From NCBI GenBank assembly GCA_964390175.1, contig CAYMHE010000002.1:13930-77929 (forward strand): a stretch of 64,000 nt of DNA, in the 5' to 3' direction. Positions 50,234 through 60,738 of this stretch are shown one piece after another. The position numbers and the translations under genes were made by a program. Position 1 is the stretch's first letter; the number at the start of each line of letters is the position of its first letter. The stretch is from an uncultured Paludibacter sp. GTDB lineage: Bacteria; Bacteroidota; Bacteroidia; Bacteroidales; Paludibacteraceae. Under the pieces are notes generated by a model. It saw nothing but the letters and a program-made list of their open reading frames with translations, was not told the origin of the DNA and made no database searches.

Positions 50234-50425
50234 ATGATCGTAGTACCCGTAAAAGAAGGCGAAAACATTGAGAGAGCATTGAAAAAATTCAAACGTAAAT
50301 TTGAAAAAACTGGCGTCGTAAAAGAATTACGTCGTCGTCAGTGCTTCGACAAACCTTCAGTAGTAAATCGTGAAGAAAAAATGCACGCGATTTACGTACA
50401 AAAAATGCAATTAGGCGAAGAATAA
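50234..50425 (+). CDS. rpsU: 30S ribosomal protein S21
   Basis: GENIERALKKFKRK..KELRRR..FDKPS. Confidence 0.97.
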   Translation: MIVVPVKEGENIERALKKFKRKFEKTGVVKELRRRQCFDKPSVVNREEKMHAIYVQKMQLGEE

Positions 50426-50503
50426 AAAAGCAAAAAAATCAGACATATATTTGCCTGACTGATTTTTTTATCTTATTTTCGTTGCAGAATTGAACCTACG
50501 GTT

Positions 50504-51385
50504 ATGATCAACGAATTTCTGCAATATTTACAGTATGAGAAGAATTTTTCCTCTCATACTGTTTTGTCGTATCATACCGACCTTATTCAGTTTTGCGAAT
50601 TTCTCTCTACCGACACCGACAAGTTCAACCCTACCCTCGTAGAACCAGAGCAAATACAACAATGGGTATTGGCTTTGATGACTTCTGAACTATCGGCACG
50701 CACCCTTTCCCGAAAAATATCAACACTCAGATCTTTTTGGCGTTTTTTGCTCATTCGGAGCTATGCCACAAAAAATCCGACCATAAAAATCATTCTGCCA
50801 AAAACAAATAAGCCCCTCCCCTTGTTTTTCAAACAAAGAGAAATGGAAACTGTGCTCAGCGAGAATTTTCTTCCCGACAACTTCATTGCCCTACGGAATC
50901 ACCTGATCATTGAAACATTTTATCTTACAGGAATCAGGCTCTCAGAATTGATTGGCATCAAAGATACTGATGTTGATGTAGCCGAATGTAATTTACGGGT
51001 AATAGGAAAACGGAACAAAGAAAGGATAATTCCATTCAGCAACGATTTCTCAATAAAAATTGAACAGTACATACGTTTTCGAAACGAAAAGATTGAAGCT
51101 ACCACGCCCTACTTATTCGTTCGCGAAAACGGCAAGAAATTATATCCCTACATGGTATACAACCTTATTCACAATACGATGTCGCAAATAAGCAGCCTTT
51201 CCAAAAAAAGTCCACACATACTGCGCCACACTTTTGCCACAGGAATGCTCAACGAAGGGGCCGATATTAACGCGGTCAAAGAACTTCTTGGACACAGCAG
51301 CCTGTCTGCAACACAAATTTACACACACACGAGTTTTGACGAATTATACAATATATATAAACACACCCACCCAAGGGTAAAATAA
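50504..51385 (+). CDS. xerC: Tyrosine recombinase XerC-like
   Basis: TGIRLSEL, GKRNKER, HILRHTFAT and LLGHSSL..TQIY motifs; rpsU-xerC-hpf synteny. Confidence 0.9.
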   Translation: MINEFLQYLQYEKNFSSHTVLSYHTDLIQFCEFLSTDTDKFNPTLVEPEQIQQWVLALMTSELSARTLSRKISTLRSFWRFLLIRSYATKNPTIKIILPKTNKPLPLFFKQREMETVLSENFLPDNFIALRNHLIIETFYLTGIRLSELIGIKDTDVDVAECNLRVIGKRNKERIIPFSNDFSIKIEQYIRFRNEKIEATTPYLFVRENGKKLYPYMVYNLIHNTMSQISSLSKKSPHILRHTFATGMLNEGADINAVKELLGHSSLSATQIYTHTSFDELYNIYKHTHPRVK

Positions 51386-51400
51386 AAAAAGGAGGTATTT

Positions 51401-51700
51401 ATGAAACTAAGGATTCAATCCATCAATTTTGATGCAACAACAACATTAGAATCGTACATCAACAAGAAAATATCAAAATTGGACAAATTTTTCGATGAGA
51501 TTATCAATATAGAAGTATATTTAAAAGTAGTAAAGCCAGAAACAGCAACAAACAAAGAAGCAGAAATTAAAATTTCAATTCCTAATGTAGATTTTTTTGC
51601 TTCGAAAACCTGCGATTCTTTTGAAGAAGCAATTGACCTAACGGTAGATGCATTGGAGAAGCAAATACGCAAACACAAGGAAAAAACAATCAAAAAATAA
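51401..51700 (+). CDS. hpf: Ribosome hibernation promoting factor
   Basis: IQSINFDAT..YINKKISKL..SFEEAIDL..LEKQIRKHK. Confidence 0.92.
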   Translation: MKLRIQSINFDATTTLESYINKKISKLDKFFDEIINIEVYLKVVKPETATNKEAEIKISIPNVDFFASKTCDSFEEAIDLTVDALEKQIRKHKEKTIKK

Positions 51701-51813
51701 AATAATCATAGAAATGTTTTGTAGTCCAAAATAATTTCGTACATTTGCAAGCCGTTTGAATAGCAGTATTTAAACGGCTTTTTACTCTGTAAAGAGCTGA
51801 TAAAAAGTACTTC

Positions 51814-51887
51814 GCCTCTTTAGCTCAGTTGGCCAGAGCACGTGATTTGTAATCTCGGGGTCGTTGGTTCGAATCCGACAAGAGGCT
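51814..51887 (+). tRNA. tRNA-Thr (TGT)
   Basis: Cloverleaf GCCTCTT/AAGAGGC, TGT anticodon, TTCGAAT T-loop. Confidence 0.93.
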
Positions 51888-51894
51888 CAAAAAC

Positions 51895-51966
51895 AATTCA
51901 TAATGCAAAATTCATAATGCATAATATCCATGAGTGGAACAATTATGCATTATGAATTGTGAATTG
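51895..51966. repeat. Inverted repeat of 7-mer units (AATTCAT/AATGCAT) in a tRNA spacer
   Basis: AATTCATAATGCATAAT ... ATTATGCATTATGAATT arms. Confidence 0.75.
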
Positions 51967-51988
51967 AAAAACAAAAAAAAATGATTTT

Positions 51989-52074
51989 GGGCAGTTACCA
52001 AAGTGGCCAACTGGGGCTGACTGTAACTCAGCTGTCTTTCGACTTCGGAGGTTCGAATCCTTCACTGCCCACCA
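51989..52074 (+). tRNA. tRNA-Tyr (GTA)
   Basis: GGGCAGT/ACTGCCC stem, GTA anticodon, long variable arm, encoded CCA. Confidence 0.95.
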
Positions 52075-52081
52075 CTAATTT

Positions 52082-52170
52082 ACCAATGAATTAATATGCC
52101 AATGTGCCAATATTAATTCAGCCGATAAATATAATTGGCACGTTGACAAATTTTTAAATTGGCACATTAA
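52082..52170. repeat. Degenerate AATGTGCC inverted-repeat element in a tRNA spacer
   Basis: ATGCCAATGTGCCAAT ... ATTGGCACG ... ATTGGCACATT; same unit as 31735-31961. Confidence 0.7.
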
Positions 52171-52174
52171 AATT

Positions 52175-52250
52175 GCGGAAGTAGCTCAGTCGATAGAGCA
52201 TTAGCCTTCCAAGCTGAGGGTCGCGGGTTTGAGTCCCGTCTTCCGCTCCA
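52175..52250 (+). tRNA. tRNA-Gly (TCC)
   Basis: GCGGAAG/CTTCCGC stem, TCC anticodon, encoded CCA. Confidence 0.92.
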
Positions 52251-52293
52251 TAATGGAGTGTAAAATCGGAATCGATTGATAAAATCCATTCTT

Positions 52294-52365
<72 letters not shown>

Positions 52366-52420
52366 CAACTTTGTAAGCTTTTATAAAACATATAATTAAT
52401 TTTTAAATAATCTTTGAGTT

Positions 52421-53608
52421 ATGGCAAAAGAAAAATTTGACAGGTCAAAACCCCACGTTAACGTAGGTACCATTGGACACGTTGACCACGGCAAAACTAC
52501 CTTGACCGCTGCAATTACCACAGTACTTGCAAAAAAAGGACTTTCTGAATTGCGTTCATTCGATTCAATCGATAATGCACCTGAAGAAAAAGAACGTGGT
52601 ATTACTATTAATACTGCACACGTAGAATACCAAACTGCATTACGTCACTATGCACACGTTGACTGTCCGGGTCACGCCGATTACGTTAAGAACATGGTTA
52701 CCGGTGCTGCTCAAATGGACGGTGCTATCATTGTAGTAGCTGCTACTGATGGTCCTATGCCTCAAACTCGCGAGCACATCCTTTTGGCTCGTCAGGTAAA
52801 CGTTCCTCGCTTGGTTATTTTCATGAACAAATGTGACCAGGTTGATGACGAAGAAATGCTTGAATTAGTAGAAATGGAAATGCGTGAATTGCTTTCATTC
52901 TACGAATTCGATGGAGATAACACTCCTGTAATCCGCGGTTCTGCTCTTGGTGGACTGAACGGAGTTCCACAATGGGAAGATAAAATCATGGAATTGATGG
53001 ATGCAGTTGACACTTGGATTGAATTACCTCCACGTGCTGTTGATAAACCATTCTTGATGCCAGTTGAAGACGTATTCTCGATCACTGGTCGTGGTACAGT
53101 TGCTACAGGTCGTATCGAAACAGGTATTATCAAAACTGGTGAAGAAGTTCAAATCATTGGTCTTGGTCAGGGAGCTAAAAAATCAGTTGTAACAGGTGTG
53201 GAAATGTTCCGCAAAATTCTTGACGAAGGTCAGGCTGGTGACAACGTAGGTTTATTGCTTCGTGGTATCGATAAAGAAGAAATTAAACGTGGTATGGTTA
53301 TTACTCACCCGGGTAAAGTAACTCCTCACACTACTTTCAAGGCTGCAGCTTATATCCTGAAGAAAGAAGAAGGTGGTCGTCACACTCCATTCCACAACCG
53401 TTACCGTCCTCAGTTCTACATCCGTACATTGGACGTAACTGGTGAAATCACTTTACCAGAAGGAACAGACATGGTAATGCCAGGTGACAACTTGGAATTA
53501 ACAGTAACATTAATTTACCCAGTAGCTTGTAACGTAGGTTTACGTTTCGCTATCCGCGAAGGTGGACGTACAGTAGGTTCTGGTCAGATTACTGAATTGT
53601 TAGACTAA
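52421..53608 (+). CDS. tuf: Elongation factor Tu
   Basis: [14 protein letters not shown] and NKCD motifs. Confidence 0.99.
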   Translation: MAKEKFDRSKPHVNVGTIGHVDHGKTTLTAAITTVLAKKGLSELRSFDSIDNAPEEKERGITINTAHVEYQTALRHYAHVDCPGHADYVKNMVTGAAQMDGAIIVVAATDGPMPQTREHILLARQVNVPRLVIFMNKCDQVDDEEMLELVEMEMRELLSFYEFDGDNTPVIRGSALGGLNGVPQWEDKIMELMDAVDTWIELPPRAVDKPFLMPVEDVFSITGRGTVATGRIETGIIKTGEEVQIIGLGQGAKKSVVTGVEMFRKILDEGQAGDNVGLLLRGIDKEEIKRGMVITHPGKVTPHTTFKAAAYILKKEEGGRHTPFHNRYRPQFYIRTLDVTGEITLPEGTDMVMPGDNLELTVTLIYPVACNVGLRFAIREGGRTVGSGQITELLD

Positions 53609-53681
53609 GATCACTGTCCTCTAAAGGGGAAAACATACAAACAAAACCCTCAACACCCTTTTTAGGGGTTGAGGGTCATAC

Positions 53682-53754
53682 ACGGGCGTAGCTCAGTTGG
53701 TAGAGCACTGGTCTCCAAAACCAGGTGTCGGGAGTTCGAGCCTCTCTGCCCGTG
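53682..53754 (+). tRNA. tRNA-Trp (CCA)
   Basis: ACGGGCG/TGCCCGT stem, CCA anticodon; tuf-trnW-secE synteny. Confidence 0.93.
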
Positions 53755-53771
53755 CAAATTATATTTACAAT

Positions 53772-53963
53772 ATGAAGATAATTAACTATATCAAAGAGTC
53801 TTATACAGAACTGGTACATAAGGTTTCGTGGCCTTCGCGCTCCGAACTTACCAACAGTGCAATTGTGGTATTGATTGCTTCCATCATTATTGCGCTAATT
53901 GTTTGGATTATGGATACAGGTTTTGAGAAGCTTATGACTATTATCTACGATGCACTGTCGTAA
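53772..53963 (+). CDS. secE: Preprotein translocase subunit SecE
   Basis: ELVHKVSWPS motif plus one TM helix; start corrected to ATG 53772. Confidence 0.95.
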   Translation: MKIINYIKESYTELVHKVSWPSRSELTNSAIVVLIASIIIALIVWIMDTGFEKLMTIIYDALS

Positions 53964-53987
53964 TTTTTAATTTAGGGAGGAAAAAAA

Positions 53988-54536
53988 GTGTCCGAAACAA
54001 CAAATTTCAAATGGTACGTTATGCGTGCCATAAGCGGAAAAGAGAACAAGGTGAAAGAGTATATTGATGCAGAAATCAAAAACTCTGATCTTGGTCAGTA
54101 TGTTGCGCAGGTACTCATACCTACTGAGAAAGTTTATCAGATTCGTAACGGCAAAAAAATTACAAAAGAACGTAGTTGTATGCCGGGATATGTGTTAATT
54201 GAAGCTTATCTATCCGGAGAAATTGTTCATCGTCTACGAAACACACCCAACGTAATCGGTTTTCTTGAAGAAAAAAGCCATTTACCTATTCCCGTTCGCC
54301 AATCAGAAGTGAACAGGATTTTAGGTACTATGGACGAAATGCAGGAAACTGGCGAAGAAATGCTAACACCATACTTCGTTAACGAGAATGTGAAAGTAAT
54401 TTTCGGTCCATTCAGTGGTTTCAGTGGCGTTATCGAAGAAGTGAACACCGAGAAGAAAAAACTCAAAGTTATGGTTATGATATTCGGTCGGAAAACTCCG
54501 CTCGAATTAGCGTTTACGCAAGTAGAAAAGGAATAA
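53988..54536 (+). CDS. nusG: Transcription termination/antitermination factor NusG
   Basis: WYV..SGKE, PGYVLI, GPFSGF and IFGRKTPLEL motifs. Confidence 0.97.
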   Translation: MSETTNFKWYVMRAISGKENKVKEYIDAEIKNSDLGQYVAQVLIPTEKVYQIRNGKKITKERSCMPGYVLIEAYLSGEIVHRLRNTPNVIGFLEEKSHLPIPVRQSEVNRILGTMDEMQETGEEMLTPYFVNENVKVIFGPFSGFSGVIEEVNTEKKKLKVMVMIFGRKTPLELAFTQVEKE

Positions 54537-54593
54537 TTCCGTTTAAGTTACAACTCGGAACGATTCCACTTTAACAACAAAAATTATACAATT

Positions 54594-55037
54594 ATGGCTA
54601 AAGAAATTGCTGGACTTATTAAATTACAGATTAAAGGAGGCGCGGCAAATCCATCTCCTCCAGTAGGACCTGCATTAGGTTCTAAGGGGATCAATATTAT
54701 GGAGTTTTGCAAACAATTCAATGCCAGAACCCAAGACAAACCAGGTAAGATTTTGCCAGTTGTCATCACCTATTATACAGATAAATCATTCGAATTCGTC
54801 GTTAAAACACCTCCTGTAGCAATTCAGTTACTCGAAGCAACAAAGCTTAAGAGCGGTTCAGCAGAACCAAATCGTAAGAAAGTTGCTGAAATCAGCTGGG
54901 ATCAGGTTACAACCATTGCTCAGGATAAAATGGTGGATTTGAATTGTTTTGAGATAGAAGCAGCTATGAAAATGGTTGCCGGTACAGCAAGAAGTATGGG
55001 TATCACCGTAAAAGGTGCATTTCCGGGTAATAATTAA
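54594..55037 (+). CDS. rplK: 50S ribosomal protein L11
   Basis: [12 protein letters not shown]. Confidence 0.98.
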   Translation: MAKEIAGLIKLQIKGGAANPSPPVGPALGSKGINIMEFCKQFNARTQDKPGKILPVVITYYTDKSFEFVVKTPPVAIQLLEATKLKSGSAEPNRKKVAEISWDQVTTIAQDKMVDLNCFEIEAAMKMVAGTARSMGITVKGAFPGNN

Positions 55038-55054
55038 TTAACACTTCAATTACA

Positions 55055-55750
55055 ATGAGTAAACTGACAAAAAATCAAAGGTTAGCTTTAGAAAAAATTG
55101 AAGCAGGAAAAACCTATTCGCTCAAAGAAGCAGCCACATTGGTAAAAGAAATTTCTACTACCAAATTTGATGCTTCTGTTGATATTGATGTACGCTTAGG
55201 CGTTGACCCCCGTAAAGCCAACCAAATGGTTCGTGGCGTTGTTTCGCTACCCAATGGTACAGGTAAACAAGTAAGGGTTCTAGCATTATGTACTCCCGAT
55301 CAGGAAGCAGCAGCCAAAGAAGCTGGTGCCGACTATGTAGGGCTCGATGAATACATCGAAAAAATTAAAGGAGGCTGGACAGATGTTGATGTTATCATCA
55401 CTATGCCTGCAATTATGGGTAAATTAGGAGCTTTAGGACGTGTTCTCGGTCCACGTGGATTGATGCCAAATCCTAAAAGTGGTACTGTTACCAATGAAGT
55501 AGGCAAAGCAGTTAAAGAAGTAAAACAGGGAAAAATCGACTTTAAAGTTGACAAATATGGTATCGTACACACTTCGGTGGGTAAAGTATCGTTTACTCCT
55601 GAGCAAATCATTGGCAATGCCAAGGAATTTGTTGGAACTTTGATGAAACTGAAACCAACTTCGGCTAAAGGTACTTATGTGAAGAGCATTTATCTTTCGA
55701 GCACAATGAGTGCGGGTATTAAAATCGACCCAAAATCAATTGAAGAATAA
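55055..55750 (+). CDS. rplA: 50S ribosomal protein L1
   Basis: [14 protein letters not shown]. Confidence 0.98.
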   Translation: MSKLTKNQRLALEKIEAGKTYSLKEAATLVKEISTTKFDASVDIDVRLGVDPRKANQMVRGVVSLPNGTGKQVRVLALCTPDQEAAAKEAGADYVGLDEYIEKIKGGWTDVDVIITMPAIMGKLGALGRVLGPRGLMPNPKSGTVTNEVGKAVKEVKQGKIDFKVDKYGIVHTSVGKVSFTPEQIIGNAKEFVGTLMKLKPTSAKGTYVKSIYLSSTMSAGIKIDPKSIEE

Positions 55751-55762
55751 AATCAAAAGTTT

Positions 55763-56290
55763 ATGAAAAAGGAAGATAAAAGCGCGATTATAAAACAACT
55801 CGAGACTACTATCAGTGAGTATGCTCACTTCTATTTGACTGATATTGCAGGCTTAAACGCAGCACAAACCAGTGAATTACGTCGTGTATGCTACAAACAG
55901 GATATTAAACTTGTTGTTGTAAAAAATACATTGCTTCAAAAAGCACTTGAAAACTCAACAGTGAACTTCAGTGAACTTTATGGTTCGTTGAAGGGGGAAA
56001 CATCTTTGTTACTTTCGAACACAGGAAATGCACCTGCTAAAGTTATTGAAGACTTCAGCAAGCAAAAAAGCAATAAGCTTAAAAAACCCGTACTGAAAGC
56101 AGCTTACGTAGAACAGAGCTTCTACATTGGCGAAAATCAATTAGATGCGTTACTTCACATCAAGAGTAAAAACGAACTTATCGGAGAACTTATTGGATTG
56201 CTCCAATCTCCTGCTAAGAACGTTGTGTCCGCACTCCAATCGGGAGGAACTACTATCCACGGCGTGTTGAAAACATTGTCCGAAAGATAA
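55763..56290 (+). CDS. rplJ: 50S ribosomal protein L10
   Basis: VVKNTLL motif; position in operon. Confidence 0.96.
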   Translation: MKKEDKSAIIKQLETTISEYAHFYLTDIAGLNAAQTSELRRVCYKQDIKLVVVKNTLLQKALENSTVNFSELYGSLKGETSLLLSNTGNAPAKVIEDFSKQKSNKLKKPVLKAAYVEQSFYIGENQLDALLHIKSKNELIGELIGLLQSPAKNVVSALQSGGTTIHGVLKTLSER

Positions 56291-56339
56291 TTTCTCATAT
56301 TTAAAACAAAAAAATAAAATCATAAAAAAATAAAATAAA

Positions 56340-56714
56340 ATGGCAGATTTGAAAGCTTTTGCAGAACAATTGGTTAACTTAACAGTTAAAGAAGTAAATG
56401 AGTTAGCTCAAATTTTGAAAGATGAGTATGGTATCGAACCAGCTGCTGCAGCTGTTGCTGTTGCTGCAGGTCCTGCAGCCGCTGCTGAAGCAGTAGAAGA
56501 AAAATCATCTTTTGATGTAGTATTGAAAGCCGCCGGTGCTAATAAACTAGCTATCGTTAAATTAGTAAAAGAATTAACAGGTCTTGGCTTGAAAGAAGCT
56601 AAAGATTTAGTTGATGCTGCTCCTTCAGCAATCAAAGAAGGTGCAACTAAAGACGAAGCTGAAGCTTTGAAGAAAGCATTGACTGAAGGCGGAGCTGAAG
56701 TTGAACTTAAATAA
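56340..56714 (+). CDS. rplL: 50S ribosomal protein L7/L12
   Basis: Ala-rich hinge; [12 protein letters not shown]. Confidence 0.98.
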   Translation: MADLKAFAEQLVNLTVKEVNELAQILKDEYGIEPAAAAVAVAAGPAAAAEAVEEKSSFDVVLKAAGANKLAIVKLVKELTGLGLKEAKDLVDAAPSAIKEGATKDEAEALKKALTEGGAEVELK

Positions 56715-56737
56715 ATTTACCTGTATATCAGGCCCTT

Positions 56738-56776
56738 GGTTTAGATTCCCTTTATTAAAGGGATTCTAAACCTTTT
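56738..56776 (+). terminator. Intrinsic terminator/attenuator between rplL and rpoB
   Basis: GGTTTAGATTCCCTTT-ATT-AAAGGGATTCTAAACC hairpin plus T tract. Confidence 0.75.
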
Positions 56777-56826
56777 CTTGTCTATAAAATAATTGAGTTC
56801 ACCGCAACCAAATAAACTCTTTGAAA

Positions 56827-59800
56827 ATGTCTTCAATTACCCAAAATCAAAGAATCAATTTTGCTTCGATTAAAAATCAGTTGGAATATCCTGATTTTTT
56901 AGAAGTACAATTAAAATCTTTCCAAGACTTTTTTCAGATGGACACTGCTCCTGAAAAAAGAAAAACTGAAGGTTTGTATAAAGTTTTTTCCGAAAACTTT
57001 CCTATCGCCGACACAAGAAATAACTTCATCCTCGAATTTCTCGACTACTACGTTGACCCACCACGTTATTCGATTGAAGAATGTATTGACCGCGGCCTTA
57101 CTTACAGCGTTCCGCTAAAAGCAAAATTAAAACTTTATTGTACTGATCCTGATCATGAGGATTTTGATACAGTAATTCAGGATGTATACCTGGGGCCTAT
57201 CCCTTACATGACTCCCAAAGGCACATTTGTAATCAATGGTGCCGAACGTGTGATTGTTTCGCAGCTGCACCGCTCTCCGGGTGTATTCTTCGGACAAAGC
57301 ATTCATGCCAACGGATCAAAACTTTATTCAGCTCGTATTATTCCTTTCCGCGGCTCGTGGATAGAATTTGCAACTGATATCAACAACGTGATGTATGCAT
57401 ACATCGATCGTAAAAAGAAATTACCGGTTACCACCTTACTGCGTGCCATAGGTTTCGAAAGCGATAAAGACATCCTGGAAATATTCGACCTTGCAGAAGA
57501 AGTTAAAGTAAGCAAAACCGCTCTTAAAAAAGCTGTGGGTCAAAAATTAGCTGCCCGCGTACTTAAAACATGGATTGAAGACTTTGTGGATGAAGATACC
57601 GGTGAAGTGGTTTCGATTGAACGTAATGAAGTAATTATCGACCGTGAAACTGTTCTTGAAAACAGTCATATCGACGAAATTCTTGAATCAAAGACCCCAA
57701 CCATTTTATTACACAAGCCAGAAGCTAATCAGAACGACTACGCAATTATTTACAATACACTTCAGAAAGACCCGAGTAACTCGGAAAAAGAAGCTGTGTT
57801 GTACATATATCGTCAGTTGCGTAATGCTGTACCAGCAGATGATTCTTCAGCTCGCGAAGTAATTAACAACTTATTCTTCTCTGAAAAACGTTATGACCTG
57901 GGTGATGTTGGTCGCTTCCGTATTAATCGGAAACTAAATCTGAACATCGATCCGGATGTAAAGGTACTTACAAAAGAAGATATTATTGAAATCATCAAAT
58001 ACCTCATCGAGCTTATCAACTCAAAAGCCGATGTGGATGATATCGACCACTTGAGTAATCGTCGTGTACGTACCGTTGGCGAACAGCTTCACAATCAGTT
58101 TGGAGTTGGATTATCGCGTATGGCTCGTACTATTCGTGAACGTATGAATGTTCGCGACAACGAGGTGTTTACTCCTATCGATTTGATTAATGCGAAAAGT
58201 ATTTCGTCGGTTATCAACTCGTTTTTCGGAACCAACGCGCTTTCTCAGTTTATGGACCAACAAAATCCATTGGCCGAGATCACACACAAACGCCGTATGT
58301 CTGCTCTCGGGCCTGGCGGTTTGTCGCGTGAACGTGCAGGCTTCGAGGTGCGTGACGTACACTATACTCACTACGGACGTTTATGTCCGATTGAAACTCC
58401 GGAAGGACCAAACATTGGTCTTATTTCGTCGTTGTGTATTTACGCAAAAATCAACGAACTTGGATTTATCGAAACACCATACCGAAAAGTAGAAAATTCA
58501 AAAGTAGACATTTCGAACGAAGGTATTGAATATTTCACTGCTGAAGAAGAAGAAAACCTAACTGTAGCACAGGGAAATGCTCCATTGAATGATGATGGAA
58601 CATTTATCCGTACGAAGGTTAAATCACGTCTTGGCGCTGATTTTCCTGTAGTAGCCCCTTCTGAAGTTAATCTGATGGACGTTTCTCCATCTCAGATTGC
58701 GTCTATCGCGGCAGCACTGATTCCATTCCTTGAGCATGATGATGCGAACCGTGCATTGATGGGTTCGAACATGATGCGCCAGGCAGTACCTTTATTGCGT
58801 TGCGAAGCACCGATTGTTGGAACCGGCATCGAAGGTCAGTTAATTCGTGACTCAAGAACTCAGGTTACAGCCGAAGGTGAAGGTATAGTTGAATATGTAG
58901 ATGCCAATTGTATTAAAATCCGTTACGATCGTAGCGAAGATGAAGAATTTGTTAGCTTCGATTCGGCCGTAAAAGAATATAAATTGCCAAAATTCCAGAA
59001 GACAAATCAGAATACAACAATCGATCTTCGTCCTACAGTTAGGGTTGGACAAAAAGTGAAGGCCGGTATGATTCTGACTGAAGGTTACTCCACTCAAAAC
59101 GGAGAACTTGCCATTGGTAAAAACCTGAAAGTTGCCTTCATGCCTTGGAAAGGTTATAACTTTGAGGATGCAATCGTAATTAACGAACGTGTTGTACGCG
59201 AAGATATCTTTACTTCGATTCACGTGGTTGAACAATTGCTTGATGTTCGTGAAACAAAACGTGGTATCGAAGAGTTTACATCTGACATTCCAAACGTGAG
59301 CGAAGAAGCCACTAAAGATCTGGACGAAAACGGAATTATCCGCATCGGTGCACGCATCGAGCCGGGCGATATCATTATTGGTAAAATTACTCCTAAGGGA
59401 GAATCTGATCCTTCACCCGAAGAAAAACTTCTTCGCGCTATTTTTGGCGACAAAGCAGGTGATGTGAAAGATGCTTCACTAAAAGCAACTCCATCATTAT
59501 CGGGAGTAGTTATTGGTAAACGTCTTTTCTCAAAAGCTCAGAAAAACAGAAGATCGAAACTAGCCGACAAAGCTGTATTGCCACGTTTGGACGAAGAATT
59601 TGAGGCACAAGCCAGTATTCTTCGCGAAACATTGATTGATAAATTGATGATCCTCGTTGGCGATAAAACATCAGCCGGTGTAAAAGACTTTTTAGGATCT
59701 GATATTATTTCGCGCAACAGCAGGTTTACTCCTGAACGTTTGCGTGAAATTGATTACAGCATTATACAATTAAGTAAATGGACTTCTGACAATCATAAAA

Positions 59801-60639
59801 ACGAACTTATCAAGCAATTGATAATGAATTATCTGAAAAAACACAAAGAACTGGATGCTCAGATAAAACGTCAGAAATTTAATATCACTATAGGCGATGA
59901 ACTGCCTAATGGTATTGTTCAAATTGCAAAAGTATACATTGCTAAGAAACGTAAAATCCGCGTAGGTGATAAAATGGCAGGACGTCACGGAAACAAAGGG
60001 ATTGTATCCCGTATCGTGCGTCAGGAAGATATGCCATTCCTTGCAGATGGAACACCTGTAGATATTTGTTTAAATCCACTTGGTGTACCTTCGCGTATGA
60101 ACCTTGGACAGATTTTCGAAACTGTATTAGGTTGGGCCGGAAAAGAATTAGGTTTGCGTTTTGCAACCCCAATTTTCGATGGTGCCAGTCTTGATGACTT
60201 GAATGCATGGACTGATAAAGCAGGTGTGCCAAACTACGGTAAAACTTATCTTTACGATGGTGGAACCGGTGAACGTTTTGACCAAACTGCAACTGTAGGT
60301 GTGATTTACATGTTGAAACTGGGCCACATGGTCGAAGACAAAATGCACGCCCGTTCGATTGGACCATACTCGCTTATTACACAACAGCCGCTTGGAGGTA
60401 AAGCTCAATTCGGGGGACAACGTTTCGGGGAAATGGAAGTTTGGGCGCTTGAAGCATTCGGTGCTGCACACATTCTTCAGGAAATCCTTACTGTTAAGTC
60501 CGATGATGTTATGGGTCGTGCCCGTACCTATGAGGCAATTGTAAAAGGTGATCCAATGCCAACTCCGGGAATCCCTGAATCACTCAATGTATTATTACAT
60601 GAGCTTCGCGGTTTAGGTTTGAGTATCAATTTAGACTAA
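56827..60639 (+). CDS. rpoB: DNA-directed RNA polymerase subunit beta
   Basis: [20 protein letters not shown] and [14 protein letters not shown] motifs. Confidence 0.99.
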   Translation: MSSITQNQRINFASIKNQLEYPDFLEVQLKSFQDFFQMDTAPEKRKTEGLYKVFSENFPIADTRNNFILEFLDYYVDPPRYSIEECIDRGLTYSVPLKAKLKLYCTDPDHEDFDTVIQDVYLGPIPYMTPKGTFVINGAERVIVSQLHRSPGVFFGQSIHANGSKLYSARIIPFRGSWIEFATDINNVMYAYIDRKKKLPVTTLLRAIGFESDKDILEIFDLAEEVKVSKTALKKAVGQKLAARVLKTWIEDFVDEDTGEVVSIERNEVIIDRETVLENSHIDEILESKTPTILLHKPEANQNDYAIIYNTLQKDPSNSEKEAVLYIYRQLRNAVPADDSSAREVINNLFFSEKRYDLGDVGRFRINRKLNLNIDPDVKVLTKEDIIEIIKYLIELINSKADVDDIDHLSNRRVRTVGEQLHNQFGVGLSRMARTIRERMNVRDNEVFTPIDLINAKSISSVINSFFGTNALSQFMDQQNPLAEITHKRRMSALGPGGLSRERAGFEVRDVHYTHYGRLCPIETPEGPNIGLISSLCIYAKINELGFIETPYRKVENSKVDISNEGIEYFTAEEEENLTVAQGNAPLNDDGTFIRTKVKSRLGADFPVVAPSEVNLMDVSPSQIASIAAALIPFLEHDDANRALMGSNMMRQAVPLLRCEAPIVGTGIEGQLIRDSRTQVTAEGEGIVEYVDANCIKIRYDRSEDEEFVSFDSAVKEYKLPKFQKTNQNTTIDLRPTVRVGQKVKAGMILTEGYSTQNGELAIGKNLKVAFMPWKGYNFEDAIVINERVVREDIFTSIHVVEQLLDVRETKRGIEEFTSDIPNVSEEATKDLDENGIIRIGARIEPGDIIIGKITPKGESDPSPEEKLLRAIFGDKAGDVKDASLKATPSLSGVVIGKRLFSKAQKNRRSKLADKAVLPRLDEEFEAQASILRETLIDKLMILVGDKTSAGVKDFLGSDIISRNSRFTPERLREIDYSIIQLSKWTSDNHKNELIKQLIMNYLKKHKELDAQIKRQKFNITIGDELPNGIVQIAKVYIAKKRKIRVGDKMAGRHGNKGIVSRIVRQEDMPFLADGTPVDICLNPLGVPSRMNLGQIFETVLGWAGKELGLRFATPIFDGASLDDLNAWTDKAGVPNYGKTYLYDGGTGERFDQTATVGVIYMLKLGHMVEDKMHARSIGPYSLITQQPLGGKAQFGGQRFGEMEVWALEAFGAAHILQEILTVKSDDVMGRARTYEAIVKGDPMPTPGIPESLNVLLHELRGLGLSINLD

Positions 60640-60738
60640 ATGTGTTGAATCCTTCAATGATTGAATCATTAGAAATATAACATTTATAATGCGTCAACAA
60701 GGATAAGCAGTTAAACAGTTAAAAGAAAAACAAAGATT

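Noticed and set aside
50504..51385. Prophage/ICE integrase next to the tRNA cluster
   Set aside because: It is XerC-sized, sits in the housekeeping rpsU-xerC-hpf arrangement, and has no att duplication or cargo.
60640..60738. Short repeats between rpoB and rpoC (AATGATTGAATCATT, CAGTTAAACAGTTAAA)
   Set aside because: Too short and degenerate to call as an element; mentioned only as possible remnants.
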